64,000 nucleotides of DNA from Longimicrobiales bacterium (GCA_965202985.1 CBDBCF010000001.1:2528001-2592000), one strand, 5' to 3'. Shown: positions 20,604-30,686, numbered from the stretch's first letter. Made by a program: numbers and translations. The notes: generated by a model from the letters alone, not told the origin.

Positions 20604-20835
20604 CGACGCCCGGCCCGCGACCGCGGCTCGGCCCCGGCGGGTTGGATTGGCCGGAATGGCGGTCTCCCAGACTCGAACGAAAGGTTGCAGACGGGCTGTG
20701 CCGACCCATCATGCGATCCGATTGGCCGGGGGTCAAACGGCTGCATCGGCGTCGCAAGGCCGTCTAACGGGGCAGCCTACCGCGTCCAGGACCGCGCCTC
20801 CGCCTCCCGGGCGTCAAACGCTGAACCCACCCCCC

Positions 20836-20892
20836 TTGACACGCTCAGGCCGATTTCCCAACATTTCTGTTGCCAACGGTTCTGTTGCCAAC
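20836..20892 (+). promoter_or_regulatory. sigma70-like promoter overlapped by three 15-bp-periodic (GTTG)CCAAC boxes
   Basis: TTGACA 20836-20841; TTTCCCAAC 20854, GTTGCCAAC 20869 and GTTGCCAAC 20884. Confidence 0.55.
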
Positions 20893-20914
20893 AACCTTGA
20901 TGGGAGAAGCGACC

Positions 20915-22174
20915 ATGGGACTCGAGAAGACGCTGGGAAGCCCAGTGGAAGGGAAGAAGTTCTTCGACCGGGAGCACGAGATCGCACTGCTGTCGGAACG
21001 TGTCCGGGAAGGCAACCATACCCTGCTGGTTGGCCAGCGGCGAATGGGGAAGACGAGCGTCGTCCGCGAGCTGTTGCGCCGCCTCCAAGCGACCGGCGAG
21101 TTCGCGACGGTGTTCGTGGACTTCGAGGACGCCCAGAGCCCGGCGGAGACGGTGGTGGAGTTGGCTACGGCCTCGATGCCGATTCGGGGCGTGTGGGATC
21201 GGGCCAAGGGCGCGTTCGCCAACGTCGCTACGGCGGCTGGCCGGCGGATCGACGAGGTGGGATTGTACAGGCTTCGCGTGAAGCTTCGCGACGACATCGA
21301 CTCGGGCAACTGGCGGACCAAGGGCGACGCGGTGCTGGCCGCCTTCGCCGAGCACGACAAGCCCGTGGTGCTGGCGATCGACGAGCTCCCCATCTTCGTC
21401 AACCGCATCCTCAAGGGAAACGACCACAGGACGACGCCTGAAGGCATACGGAGGGCGGACGAATACCTGAGCTGGCTTCGCAAGAACGTCCATCGACATC
21501 AAGGCCGCGTTCGACTGGTCGTGTCCGGAAGCATCGGCCTCATGCCGATCGTCCGGCAAGCCGGCCTCGCTGCCCAAGTCAACGTCTTCTCGCCGTTCGA
21601 ACTGAAGCCGTGGGACGAGCAGACCGCGATGGAATGCTTGCACCAGCTGGCAGCCCATTACGACTTGGACCTGTCGCGCGACGCGCGGCGCGAGATGTGC
21701 CGAAGGCTTCGCTGCTGCGTCCCGCACCACGTCCAGGTCTTCTTTGACAAGGTGCACGAACACCTGCGTCGCTCCAACGCCACGACGGCCACGATCGACG
21801 AAGTGCGGCATGTGTTTGAAGAGGAAATGATCAGCATCCACGAGCATCCGGCGCTTGACCACTATCTCGTCCGGCTGCGAATGGTGCTTGATCCCGAACA
21901 GTACAGCCTTGCCCGGGACCTTCTGACGGAAGCCGCCGTAGCCCAGGGTCGATTGTCCGAGGCCGCGTTGGGGGAGCACTGCCGGCGCTGGCTGTCGGCC
22001 CCGGACAAGAGCGAATCCGATGTCGAGCAAGTGCTTCACGTGTTGGAGCACGACGGCTACCTGGTTTCCGGCGACGACGGGCATCGGTTTGCGTCCGGTT
22101 GGCTGGAGGCTTGGTGGCGCACGCGACACGCACGACGCTTCACCCCTGTTCGCGACCGCACTGGGGACTCATGA
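20915..22174 (+). CDS. P-loop AAA+/STAND-like ATPase (gene 1 of a pair)
   Basis: FFDREHE, Walker A GQRRMGKTS, Walker B LAIDE; C-terminal LEHDGYL..WW, wHTH-like. Confidence 0.8.
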   Translation: MGLEKTLGSPVEGKKFFDREHEIALLSERVREGNHTLLVGQRRMGKTSVVRELLRRLQATGEFATVFVDFEDAQSPAETVVELATASMPIRGVWDRAKGAFANVATAAGRRIDEVGLYRLRVKLRDDIDSGNWRTKGDAVLAAFAEHDKPVVLAIDELPIFVNRILKGNDHRTTPEGIRRADEYLSWLRKNVHRHQGRVRLVVSGSIGLMPIVRQAGLAAQVNVFSPFELKPWDEQTAMECLHQLAAHYDLDLSRDARREMCRRLRCCVPHHVQVFFDKVHEHLRRSNATTATIDEVRHVFEEEMISIHEHPALDHYLVRLRMVLDPEQYSLARDLLTEAAVAQGRLSEAALGEHCRRWLSAPDKSESDVEQVLHVLEHDGYLVSGDDGHRFASGWLEAWWRTRHARRFTPVRDRTGDS

Positions 22175-24366
22175 TCACCGACCAACACGCGTACAACCCC
22201 GGCTTTCTCTCGGACGACGAGCTGGTGGCGTCGTTCTGCGTGCGCACGAGCGAGTTCGAGTCGCTGATGGAGTCGCTTCGAGAGAGTACTGGAAGGGCAA
22301 ATCAGCACCTAATCGTCATCGGCCCCCGTGGAAGCGGCAAGACCACTCTGCTCCTTCGAGTCGCGGCCGAGCTGCGATCCGATCCGGTTCTGTCTTCACG
22401 TTGGTTGCCCGTCGTGTTCGCCGAGGAAAGCTACCAGGTCGGCACCTGCGGGGAGTTTTGGCTGGAGGCGTTGTCGCGTCTGGCCGACCAAGTTCCCAAT
22501 CGGCCCGACCAGCCGGACCTGCGCCAAAGCGTCGCCGACATCCGCGAGGAACAAGACGACCGAGCCCTGCAAGACCGTTGTCTGGGTGCGCTGCTGGACT
22601 TTGCGGACCGACACGACAAGCGCCTTGTGCTCGTCGTGGAGAACCTGAACATGATCTTTGCCGACATGCAGGACGACGATGCGGGGTGGCGTTTGCGGAA
22701 GACGCTTCAGACCGAGCCCAGAGTGTTGTTGCTGGGCAGCGCGACGAGCAGGTTCGGAGAGATCGACAGGCCGGACAAGGCTCTGTACGACCTCTTCAAG
22801 ATCGTGCAGCTTCGACCTCTCGACTACAACGAATGCGCCGTCCTCTGGGAACGAGTGTCGGGCAAACGTCCCGGCGTCGGCCAGATCCGTTCGTTGCAGA
22901 TCCTTACCGGCGGCAATCCGCGACTATTGGCGGTCGTCGCCCGCTTCGGCGCGGAGCAATCGTTTCGAGGATTGATGTCCAACCTCCTCCATCTGGTGGA
23001 CGACAACACGGCCTACTTCAAGAACCACCTGGAATCGTTGCCGTCTCAGGCACGACGCGTCTACCTTGCTCTTGGCGCGCTCTGGAGACCCTCTACGGCG
23101 CGGGAAGTGGCCGGCCGTGCCCGAATGGACGACACCAGCAAGTGCAGCGCCCAGCTGGCGCGCCTGGTCGATAGCGGCGTCGTGGCGACCGTCGACGACG
23201 CCTCTCATCGCAAGGAATACTACTTGACGGAACGCATGTACAACATCTACTACCTGCTCCGCAACAGCCGTGGAAAAAACAGCCTGGTCGAAGCTCTGAT
23301 CGCGTTTATGATCGACTTCTACTCGCTGCCGGATTTGGCGGCTATCGCCAGAAAGACAGTTGAAAGCCTTGGAGCAGAAGATACAAATGAGATGACTGAA
23401 GACAGAATATTTCTCATACGACTTCTTGAGCAACCCATGCTCCGAGAACACATTAAAGCGATCTCGACTGCATCTGAAGCTATTCGTGATCGTATCACTC
23501 TTGCAAAGCAAGCGACAATGGAGGGCGACTACGTACGCGTGCTTGACCTGTATCCAGGTTTGCGAAAAATCATTGCAGACCATCGCGAAGCTCTAGGGGA
23601 CGAGTATGACTTCCTGGACATCGTGGCAAGCACGTATCACGCTTCCGCACTTCTTATTACGAGCCAGGCAAAAAAGGCGCTTGACGTATTTGATGAAATG
23701 GCGAGACAGTACGGCCAGCGCCACGACCCCGCACTAGCGTCCATACTATGCCGGGTTAGCATTGGCCGCGCCGAGGCATTGCGATCCTTGGGAAGGATAG
23801 ACGAGGCGGTGACGGATTATGGAAGATCGGATGCTCGATTCAAAGCGTTTGTGGCCGACCCGGCAGTTGGCGACCTGCTTGTACTAACCGCAATCGCAAA
23901 AGGCGACTTGCTCGGCCAGCTGGACCGGGCCGAAGAACGAGGAGCGGCCTACGCGCGAGCGGCAGCACTTGCAACCGATATAGTAGAGCAACGCGGTTCG
24001 GCCGAGCCACGTCATGTCCTTCGAGCGCTGGAATCGCGTGCCTATGCCCGCGGCATGACCGGAGACAAGGAAGGTAGCGAGCGGGACGTGACGGAGGCCC
24101 TGGTGTTGCTGACGAAGATCAAGCCGCCCCCGGGCGAGAGCACAGGTCGCATACTCACGTTGGGCGTAGTGCTCGGGTCCGACCGGATGGCCGAACTGAT
24201 TCGGAACTCGCCAGCGGTCAAGACGGCCGGCGTCCTTCTTGCGGGCTTCGAACTGGACATGGGCTTGCAGCCACGGGTGGCGCCCGAGGTTCTGAGGGTG
24301 GCCCAGGACGTCAAGAAGACGCTCGACCTCCGCCGACGGAATCTGGAGTTTGCCCGCTGGATCTAA
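22171..24366 (+). CDS. P-loop AAA+/STAND-like ATPase with wHTH and TPR-like C-terminus (gene 2 of a pair)
   Basis: Walker A GPRGSGKTT, atypical Walker B LVVEN, TGGNPR; helical TPR-like repeats; ATGA overlap with gene 1. Confidence 0.75.
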   Translation: MITDQHAYNPGFLSDDELVASFCVRTSEFESLMESLRESTGRANQHLIVIGPRGSGKTTLLLRVAAELRSDPVLSSRWLPVVFAEESYQVGTCGEFWLEALSRLADQVPNRPDQPDLRQSVADIREEQDDRALQDRCLGALLDFADRHDKRLVLVVENLNMIFADMQDDDAGWRLRKTLQTEPRVLLLGSATSRFGEIDRPDKALYDLFKIVQLRPLDYNECAVLWERVSGKRPGVGQIRSLQILTGGNPRLLAVVARFGAEQSFRGLMSNLLHLVDDNTAYFKNHLESLPSQARRVYLALGALWRPSTAREVAGRARMDDTSKCSAQLARLVDSGVVATVDDASHRKEYYLTERMYNIYYLLRNSRGKNSLVEALIAFMIDFYSLPDLAAIARKTVESLGAEDTNEMTEDRIFLIRLLEQPMLREHIKAISTASEAIRDRITLAKQATMEGDYVRVLDLYPGLRKIIADHREALGDEYDFLDIVASTYHASALLITSQAKKALDVFDEMARQYGQRHDPALASILCRVSIGRAEALRSLGRIDEAVTDYGRSDARFKAFVADPAVGDLLVLTAIAKGDLLGQLDRAEERGAAYARAAALATDIVEQRGSAEPRHVLRALESRAYARGMTGDKEGSERDVTEALVLLTKIKPPPGESTGRILTLGVVLGSDRMAELIRNSPAVKTAGVLLAGFELDMGLQPRVAPEVLRVAQDVKKTLDLRRRNLEFARWI

Positions 24367-24407
24367 CCATAGCTCAGGCTGGGCCCATTCCCATTAGCTT
24401 TCCCACC

Positions 24408-26351
24408 ATGAACGTCCCCGCTCCCCCCGCGCCCCCGCGCCCCCTCCGCGTCACCCTCCCCGACGGCCGCCCCGTCGAGCTCCCCACGGACGCCACGGCC
24501 GCCGACCTGGCCGCCCAGATCGGCCCCGGCCTGGCCCGCGCCGCTCTGGCCGCTGTCGTGAACGGCGAGACCGTGGACCTGGACCGCCCCCTGCCGGACG
24601 ACGCGCAGGTCCGCCTGCTCACCGCCCGCGACCCGGAAGCGCTGCCGGTCCTGCGCCACTCCGCCGCGCACGTGCTGGCCACGGCGGTCCGCGAGATCGT
24701 GCCCAGTGCGGGGATCGGCTTCGGCCCCGCCATCGACGACGGCTTCTACTACGACTTCGACGTGCCCGAGCCGTTCACTCCCGAGCAGGTGAAGGCCGTC
24801 GAGGCCAAGATGGCCGAAGTCGCCCGCGCCGCGCATCCGTTCGAGCGCCGGGTGGTCACCAAGGCCGAGGCCCGCGACCTCTTCGCCGACGACGACCTCA
24901 AGCTGGAGCGCCTGGAGGAGTTCGACGACGACGAGACGATCACCGTCTACCAGGACGGCCCCTTCCTGGACTTGTGCAGGGGCCCCCACGTGCCCGACAC
25001 GGGCGCGCTCAAGCACTTCAAGCTGCTCGCGGCCGCCGGCGCCTACTGGCGGGGCGACGAGAAGCGCCGGATGCTGCAGCGCATCTACGGCACGGCCTTC
25101 TTCCGCAAGTCCGACTTGGACGCGCACCTGCAACGCCTGGAAGAGGCCAAGAAGCGCGACCACCGCGTCTTGGGCAAGCAGCTGGACCTGTACTCGATCC
25201 AAGAGGAAGTGGGCTCGGGACTTGTGCTGTGGCACCCCGACGGGGGGCGCGTGCGGCATGTCGTCGAGGACTTCCTCAAGCAGACGCTGATCGAGCACGG
25301 CTACGAGCTGGTGTTCACGCCCCACGTGGCCAGCGAGCAACTGTACAAGCTGTCGGGCCACCTGGACGTCTTCGCGGACGACATGTTCCCGGCCATGGAC
25401 GACGACGGCGAGCGCTTCCGCATGAAGCCGATGAACTGTCCGCATCACTTCATGATCTACCGCTCCGACGTGCGCTCCTATCGCGATCTGCCGGTGCGCT
25501 ACGCCGAACTGGGCACCTGCTACCGCTACGAGCGCTCCGGCGCGCTGCACGGCATGTTGCGCGTGCGTTCCTTCACCCAGGACGACGCCCACATCTTCAT
25601 CCGCGAAGACCAGATCGAGGAAGAGTACGCCCGCCTGCTGGACTTGGAGCACTACCTGCTGGGCGTCTTCGGATACGAATACCGAACCGCGCTCTCCACG
25701 CGCCCCGAAAAGGCGATCGGCGACCCGGCCGTCTACGACGCGGCTTCGGACCGACTGGCCCGCGTCCTGCGCGACCGCGGACTCGACTACGAACTGGACG
25801 AGGGCGGCGGCGCCTTCTACGGCCCCAAGGTGGACGTGCTGGTGACCGACGCCCTGGGCCGGGAGTGGCAAGGCGGCACCTTCCAGCTGGACTTCCTCAT
25901 GCCCCGGCGCTTCGGCCTAGAGTACGTGGGCTCCGACAACCGCCGTCACAACGCCGTCGTCGTGCACCGCACCCTGCTGGGCTCCATGGAGCGCTTCGTG
26001 GGCGGACTGGTCGAGCACTACGGCGGCGCGTTCCCCCTTTGGCTGGCGCCAAGGCAGGTGCGCGTGCTGCCAGTCTCCGAGCAGTGGGCCGCCTCCGCCC
26101 GCGAGTTCGCCGATCGCCTTGTGCGCGAAGGGTTGCGGGCCGAAGTGGACGAGCGCGACACGCTGGCCTATCGCATCCGCACGGCCGAGACGCGCAAGGT
26201 CCCCTACATGGCCATCGTCGGCCAGCGCGAGGCCGAAGCCGGCACCGTGGCCGTCCGCAAGCGCGGCGCCAAGAAGAAGCAAGTGACGATGACGCGCGAC
26301 GCCTTCGCGGAGCAGCTGCGGCAAGAGGTGGCCAGCCGGGCGCTGGATTAG
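24408..26351 (+). CDS. thrS: Threonine--tRNA ligase
   Basis: TGS domain, RHSAAH, DLCRGPH, RDHR, KPMNCP and HRTLLGSMERF. Confidence 0.99.
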   Translation: MNVPAPPAPPRPLRVTLPDGRPVELPTDATAADLAAQIGPGLARAALAAVVNGETVDLDRPLPDDAQVRLLTARDPEALPVLRHSAAHVLATAVREIVPSAGIGFGPAIDDGFYYDFDVPEPFTPEQVKAVEAKMAEVARAAHPFERRVVTKAEARDLFADDDLKLERLEEFDDDETITVYQDGPFLDLCRGPHVPDTGALKHFKLLAAAGAYWRGDEKRRMLQRIYGTAFFRKSDLDAHLQRLEEAKKRDHRVLGKQLDLYSIQEEVGSGLVLWHPDGGRVRHVVEDFLKQTLIEHGYELVFTPHVASEQLYKLSGHLDVFADDMFPAMDDDGERFRMKPMNCPHHFMIYRSDVRSYRDLPVRYAELGTCYRYERSGALHGMLRVRSFTQDDAHIFIREDQIEEEYARLLDLEHYLLGVFGYEYRTALSTRPEKAIGDPAVYDAASDRLARVLRDRGLDYELDEGGGAFYGPKVDVLVTDALGREWQGGTFQLDFLMPRRFGLEYVGSDNRRHNAVVVHRTLLGSMERFVGGLVEHYGGAFPLWLAPRQVRVLPVSEQWAASAREFADRLVREGLRAEVDERDTLAYRIRTAETRKVPYMAIVGQREAEAGTVAVRKRGAKKKQVTMTRDAFAEQLRQEVASRALD

Positions 26352-26381
26352 GGCGGGAAGCGATCCGGCTCCGACTTGTCG

Positions 26382-27310
26382 CTAGTCCAGCGCCGCCAAC
26401 TCCTCCATCAGTTCCCGCAGGCCGATCGCCTCGACGCCGTCCCCCTTGGGGTAGCGCTCGTCGCCTCCGTAGACGAGGAACGCTCTGTCCACGGGCATGT
26501 CCTGCAACGCGACGAGGAAGCCCTTGGGCAGCCGAGGCGCCGTGCTGCGCTCGATTTCCACCGCCCATCTCCGGTTCCCCGGCAGATCGAGCACCAGGTC
26601 GATCTCGGCGCCGGTAAGCCGTTCGGTAGAAGCTGGCCGTCCGAGATGCGGAGGAGCGCGTGGACGATCCCGCTGTCGCGAACGTAGACCTTCGGCGACT
26701 TGACGAGGCGCTTGCGCACGTTGGCGTGAAGGGGAGGCAGGCGGCGCACCAGCAGCAGGTCGACCATCAGGTCCAGGTAGCGGGCGACGGTCTTGCCGTC
26801 CACGCCCAGGCTCCGGGCCAGCTTGGCGCCGTTCCACACGCCGCCTTGGGAGTGGGCGAGCATGGTCCAGAAGCGTCGCAGCACGACCGCGGGGATGCGA
26901 GGGCCCAGCTCGGGGATGTCCCGCTCCAGGTAGGTGCGCACGAAGCTCTCGCGCCACACAGCGCTCGCCCGCGCGTCCCGGGCGAGAAACGACAACGGGA
27001 AGCCGCCCCGAACCCACAGGCGCATCGCCTCCACCGACCCCATCTCCTGCATGTCCAGGGGCGTCAGCTCCAGGTGTCCGATCCGGCCCGCCAGACTCTC
27101 GCCCGACTGGCGGAGCAGCTCCACCGACGCGAAGCCCAGGATCAGGAACTGGCCGGCCGGCTCGCCTGCGAAGATGCGCTCGTCGATGATCTCCCGCAGC
27201 GTCTGGAAGAGCTCGGGGGCGCGGTGGATCTCGTCCAGGACGACGAGACGGTCGCGAACGGAGCCCAAGTAGCCTGCGGCGTCGGAGAGGCGTTCCAAGC
27301 GTCCGTTTCC
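26382..27310 (-). pseudogene. AAA_14/DUF4143 ATPase remnant (5'-truncated, internal deletion with frameshift near 26620-26640)
   Basis: VVLDEIH, ESLAGRI, RGGFP, KRLVKSPKVYVRDSG, then GAEIDLV in another frame; Walker A region absent. Confidence 0.8.
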
Positions 27311-27441
27311 GTGGTGCGCTTCGAGCGTATCGGCGGGGGCAAGGCGGTTCGGACCGCCCGTGTAGTGCACGCTGTCGGTGCCTCTATCGCCTGATCCCGA
27401 CCATTTGCGGGGCGGCCTCATGGTCCACCCACTTAATTTCC

Positions 27442-27470
27442 TTGCGTTCTGGATGGGGAAGGTGTACTGT
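27442..27470 (+). promoter_or_regulatory. Putative sigma70 promoter of peptide locus 1 (second copy at 30699-30727)
   Basis: TTGCGT-17-TACTGT; the duplicate reads TAGCGT-17-TACCGT. Confidence 0.5.
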
Positions 27471-27534
27471 ACCTACGGATGGGCAGGGCGGGGGGTTGGG
27501 GGAGCGTCCACACAAAGCGCGGAGTGTCCGGGCC

Positions 27535-28131
27535 ATGAAGCCAAGAACCTCGGGTCGGCGGGTTCTGGACGGGAGTATCTTCGTGCTGATGCTCTTGGCG
27601 GCGGTTGCCGTTTGGAGGACCACGAGCGTGAACCGGGAGTATCAAGCAGCCCTCCAGTCCACCGGTCCTCTGGCGAACCGCACCCTTGTGAGGGACAGGT
27701 TGGTGGGCGTGCGCGTGTCGTTGCCGATGATTGAGCGGTCGGAAGATCTCGGTGCCGGGGCGGAGTTGGTGTGGGTCGTAGACTCGGACCGTTGCGACGG
27801 GTGCTTCGGCGACGGCGTGGGGGCGTGGAACGCGCTGGCGGCGGATTCGTCGTTGCGCCGTCATCTGTTGGTAGTCGGTGCGGGCGGCCTTCCCGGCGAG
27901 GTTCGTCGTGCGCTGCGTGGTACGACCGTCACGACGGTAACGCGGGAAGAGGTGGAAGCGGCCCTGGGACCGTTGCTCCCGACGACCAAGTTCCTGGTCG
28001 GGTCGGAGGGCACGGTGCTGCTGGCCGATTCGAGAACTGCAAACTCGGAGTGCGGCTGGAGCTTCGAGGCGCAGGTGGGCGTCCTGCGGGACGTTCTGCC
28101 GAGCGCGCTGATCCGCAACACTCAACCCTAA
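27535..28131 (+). CDS. Membrane-anchored thioredoxin-fold protein (CxxC, TlpA-like)
   Basis: N-terminal TM helix; LVWVVDSDR-CDGC; cis-Pro-like LPTTKFLVGSEGTV. Confidence 0.65.
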   Translation: MKPRTSGRRVLDGSIFVLMLLAAVAVWRTTSVNREYQAALQSTGPLANRTLVRDRLVGVRVSLPMIERSEDLGAGAELVWVVDSDRCDGCFGDGVGAWNALAADSSLRRHLLVVGAGGLPGEVRRALRGTTVTTVTREEVEAALGPLLPTTKFLVGSEGTVLLADSRTANSECGWSFEAQVGVLRDVLPSALIRNTQP

Positions 28132-28150
28132 GATCCCAAGGAGGATCGAC

Positions 28151-28393
28151 ATGGAGCTGGTAACGCAGGTTGGTCGCATCGTCGTCGCGGCGGTGCTGGT
28201 GTTCGTGCTGGGGTTCGCTTACGCGACCGTCAGCCCCGTCCCCACGTCGGCGTCTGGAGGATGCGACTCCGACTACTGCCACGACATGCCCGGGAGGGGG
28301 CCGAGCGACGAGTCGTGCGGGGGCAGCGTCTGCGACACTCGGGGGCAGATCTGTTGCTATCCGGAGATAGTAGTCTTCGTACCCCGGTCATAG
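28151..28393 (+). CDS. Small secreted six-cysteine peptide (peptide 1)
   Basis: AAGGAGG RBS; Sec signal peptide; mature C-x4-C-x12-C-x4-C-x6-CC. Confidence 0.8.
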   Translation: MELVTQVGRIVVAAVLVFVLGFAYATVSPVPTSASGGCDSDYCHDMPGRGPSDESCGGSVCDTRGQICCYPEIVVFVPRS

Positions 28394-28401
28394 TCCTAGT
28401 C

Positions 28402-29499
28402 GTGGATCGGCCGGGGACCAAGACCGGGCCGAGCACAATCCTGCTTTCCCTGGGGCTGGCCCTGCTTGCAGGCTGCGAGCCGGGCCAAGCCCCGGGGGAG
28501 GCGCCGGGCCGTAAGGTGCTTGCGGACGTGTTTGCCTTTGAGGGGATCGCGGAGCTTGACGAAGACCCGGCGGACTCGATCGCTCAGCCTGGTGCCTTCG
28601 TGGAGCGCCGACGAGGCGGCTTCGTCTTAGCCGACCGGTTGCTTCCGCGGATAAGGGCATATGGAGACGACGGCCGGTTGGAAGCGGCGTTCGGACGGTT
28701 CGGCGTTAGGGACCCTTGGAGCTTCGAACGGGTTGGGGGCGTGGCCGAGACGGCCGCAGGCGGCATCGTGGCCGTCGAGTACAGCAAGAAACGGCTGGTG
28801 TACCTGACGGATGCATTGGAAAGGGACACGGTTGTTTCGGTGTCCGGGCATCCTCGAAATGTTGTTGGTTTTGGGCCGGACTTGTTGTTGGAGATGCGGC
28901 ACGAGTGGCAAGCAATGCAGGACGAACAGCTGCCGTGGTTTCACCGAGTGACCGGGAACCAAGTGGCCTGGAGCCGGTATGGCTTTCCGTACATTCCATC
29001 CGAACGTCCGTACTGGGCCTCGCTCACGAGTTTCAAGGCGGCCGTTACCGGCGATTCGGTGTTCGCGGTCACCAGTTTGGGCTACCCGGCGGTTGTCTAC
29101 AACAGAAGGGGTGATTCGGTAGGCACAATCGGTATGCAGTCGTCCTCGTTTCGCCCGATCCCAGTGCTTGAATTCGGCGCATTGGTCGACCAGGGTCCGG
29201 GAGGAAGTCTCGCCGATTTCCTGGCTTCGTTCGACATGATTCACCGAATCGATGTGGTGGCGGAATCTTACTTGGTGGTGACGCTGGGCGTCTTGGACCC
29301 GAGCAGGCCCTTCCGTCGTTCAGGGTGGTTGCATACGTCTGTCGAGGTGTACGACAGACACACGGGGACCAAGCTGTACGAGGACGTGCCGTTGCCCGAC
29401 GGATCGGAGGTGCTGGGCGGCGGCCGATTCCTGTACCTGCTGACGAACAGAGAGGAGCCACCATGGAGAATCGCCAAGTTGCGGTTGCGCACGTCGTGA
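28402..29499 (+). CDS. 6-bladed beta-propeller lipoprotein (type A, copy 1)
   Basis: Lipobox LLAGC; NHL-like FVLAD..IRAYGDDGRLEAAFGRFG; GTG start inferred. Confidence 0.7.
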   Translation: MDRPGTKTGPSTILLSLGLALLAGCEPGQAPGEAPGRKVLADVFAFEGIAELDEDPADSIAQPGAFVERRRGGFVLADRLLPRIRAYGDDGRLEAAFGRFGVRDPWSFERVGGVAETAAGGIVAVEYSKKRLVYLTDALERDTVVSVSGHPRNVVGFGPDLLLEMRHEWQAMQDEQLPWFHRVTGNQVAWSRYGFPYIPSERPYWASLTSFKAAVTGDSVFAVTSLGYPAVVYNRRGDSVGTIGMQSSSFRPIPVLEFGALVDQGPGGSLADFLASFDMIHRIDVVAESYLVVTLGVLDPSRPFRRSGWLHTSVEVYDRHTGTKLYEDVPLPDGSEVLGGGRFLYLLTNREEPPWRIAKLRLRTS

Positions 29500-30686
29500 C
29501 CATCAAGACTCGGGTCGGTGCCGCTTGTCGGCGGGCGGCGAAGCGCTTGCGGTTGGCGGCTCCGCTGGTCGCCGTCCTCGTGGCGACATGCACGCAAGAC
29601 GTCGCGGAGCCCGACTCCGACTTCGTGTCCGTGGACGTTGCGGACGCCGAGGAGTGGATGCTCGACGGCAGCCCGCTTTTCGTGCTGGGCGACGACGAGA
29701 CCGATCCGCTGAGCAGCGTGCTCGGCGGACTGCTGATGGACTCGGGCCGAATCGTCGTGGCGGACCGAGGCAACTACCGAGTGCTGGTGATGGACGCCGA
29801 GGGCCAGACGGAGAGAGTCATCGGGGCGAAAGGCGAGGGTCCGCTGGAGTTCACGACGGTGACCAACATCGAGTCATGGGGCGGGGACACCGTGTTCGTC
29901 CACGATTCGCGAGCGAATCGGTACTCGGTATTTTCTGCCGCGACGGGCGAAGGCCGTAGCACCATGTTGCGAGGGACGGATGTGGTGCCAGGCACTGCCT
30001 TTCCTGCTGGTGACGGCGAGCTTTGGCTGACCGGTGGTTTGGGGATCGGGCCCGGAGAGCATGGCGCAGGTAGACGGCGGGTTCCGGTTGACCTCTTCCG
30101 TTACGTGGGCTCCGACAGCGTTGTCAGGGTGGCGACCCTGGCTGGGCCGGAGCTGTTCTTCGGGGCGGGCGGTGTCGGGTTCACGATTCCGCCGGTGCCC
30201 GTGGCGGCGGGAACCTCGCTGTCCCCCGGCGACGACAAGCTGTTTGTTTCGGATGGCGAGCGGCCTGTGATCACCGTCATGGACCGAAATGGCGCGACCG
30301 TGCGAGAGATCGAAGTGGCCGGAATGGACATTGAAGTGACGGACGACCTACGGGACATGATCACGGACTCGCTGTACGCGCTCGTGGCGAAAACCGAGGC
30401 GAGAATGCGAAGTCGGCTCGCGAAGACGCCGATTCCGGTGCAGCTCAGCGGATTTGCGTTGATCAAGTTGGCGGGAGACGGCACCTTGTGGATCGCTGGT
30501 CGCGGGGCGCCTGGGATTGAGACGCGGACATGGGTGAACATGACCATCAACGGGCGGTTGCTTCGCCGGTTCGATCTGCCGCGCTCGGTTGGCGTCCTGG
30601 ACGCCTCCGCCGATCGAGTCCTGTTGCGCACAACCGATGCCCTAGGCGTGGACAGGGTGGAGTTGCACGGCGTAGCGCGCCGCTGA
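29496..30686 (+). CDS. 6-bladed beta-propeller lipoprotein (type B, copy 1)
   Basis: Lipobox-like LVATC; IVVADRGNYRVLVMDAEG..IGAKGEGPLEF NHL-type motif. Confidence 0.75.
   Translation: MTIKTRVGAACRRAAKRLRLAAPLVAVLVATCTQDVAEPDSDFVSVDVADAEEWMLDGSPLFVLGDDETDPLSSVLGGLLMDSGRIVVADRGNYRVLVMDAEGQTERVIGAKGEGPLEFTTVTNIESWGGDTVFVHDSRANRYSVFSAATGEGRSTMLRGTDVVPGTAFPAGDGELWLTGGLGIGPGEHGAGRRRVPVDLFRYVGSDSVVRVATLAGPELFFGAGGVGFTIPPVPVAAGTSLSPGDDKLFVSDGERPVITVMDRNGATVREIEVAGMDIEVTDDLRDMITDSLYALVAKTEARMRSRLAKTPIPVQLSGFALIKLAGDGTLWIAGRGAPGIETRTWVNMTINGRLLRRFDLPRSVGVLDASADRVLLRTTDALGVDRVELHGVARR

Noticed and set aside
6300..24400. Prophage, ICE, integron or CRISPR origin of the island
   Set aside because: No integrase, tRNA, att-like direct repeats, attC sites or repeat-spacer array seen
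28151..28393. Peptides as precursors of known RiPP classes (bufferin/MNIO, lanthipeptide, ranthipeptide) or double-glycine-leader bacteriocins
   Set aside because: No DUF692, LanB/C/M, radical SAM or peptidase-containing ABC transporter nearby; leaders are hydrophobic Sec signals
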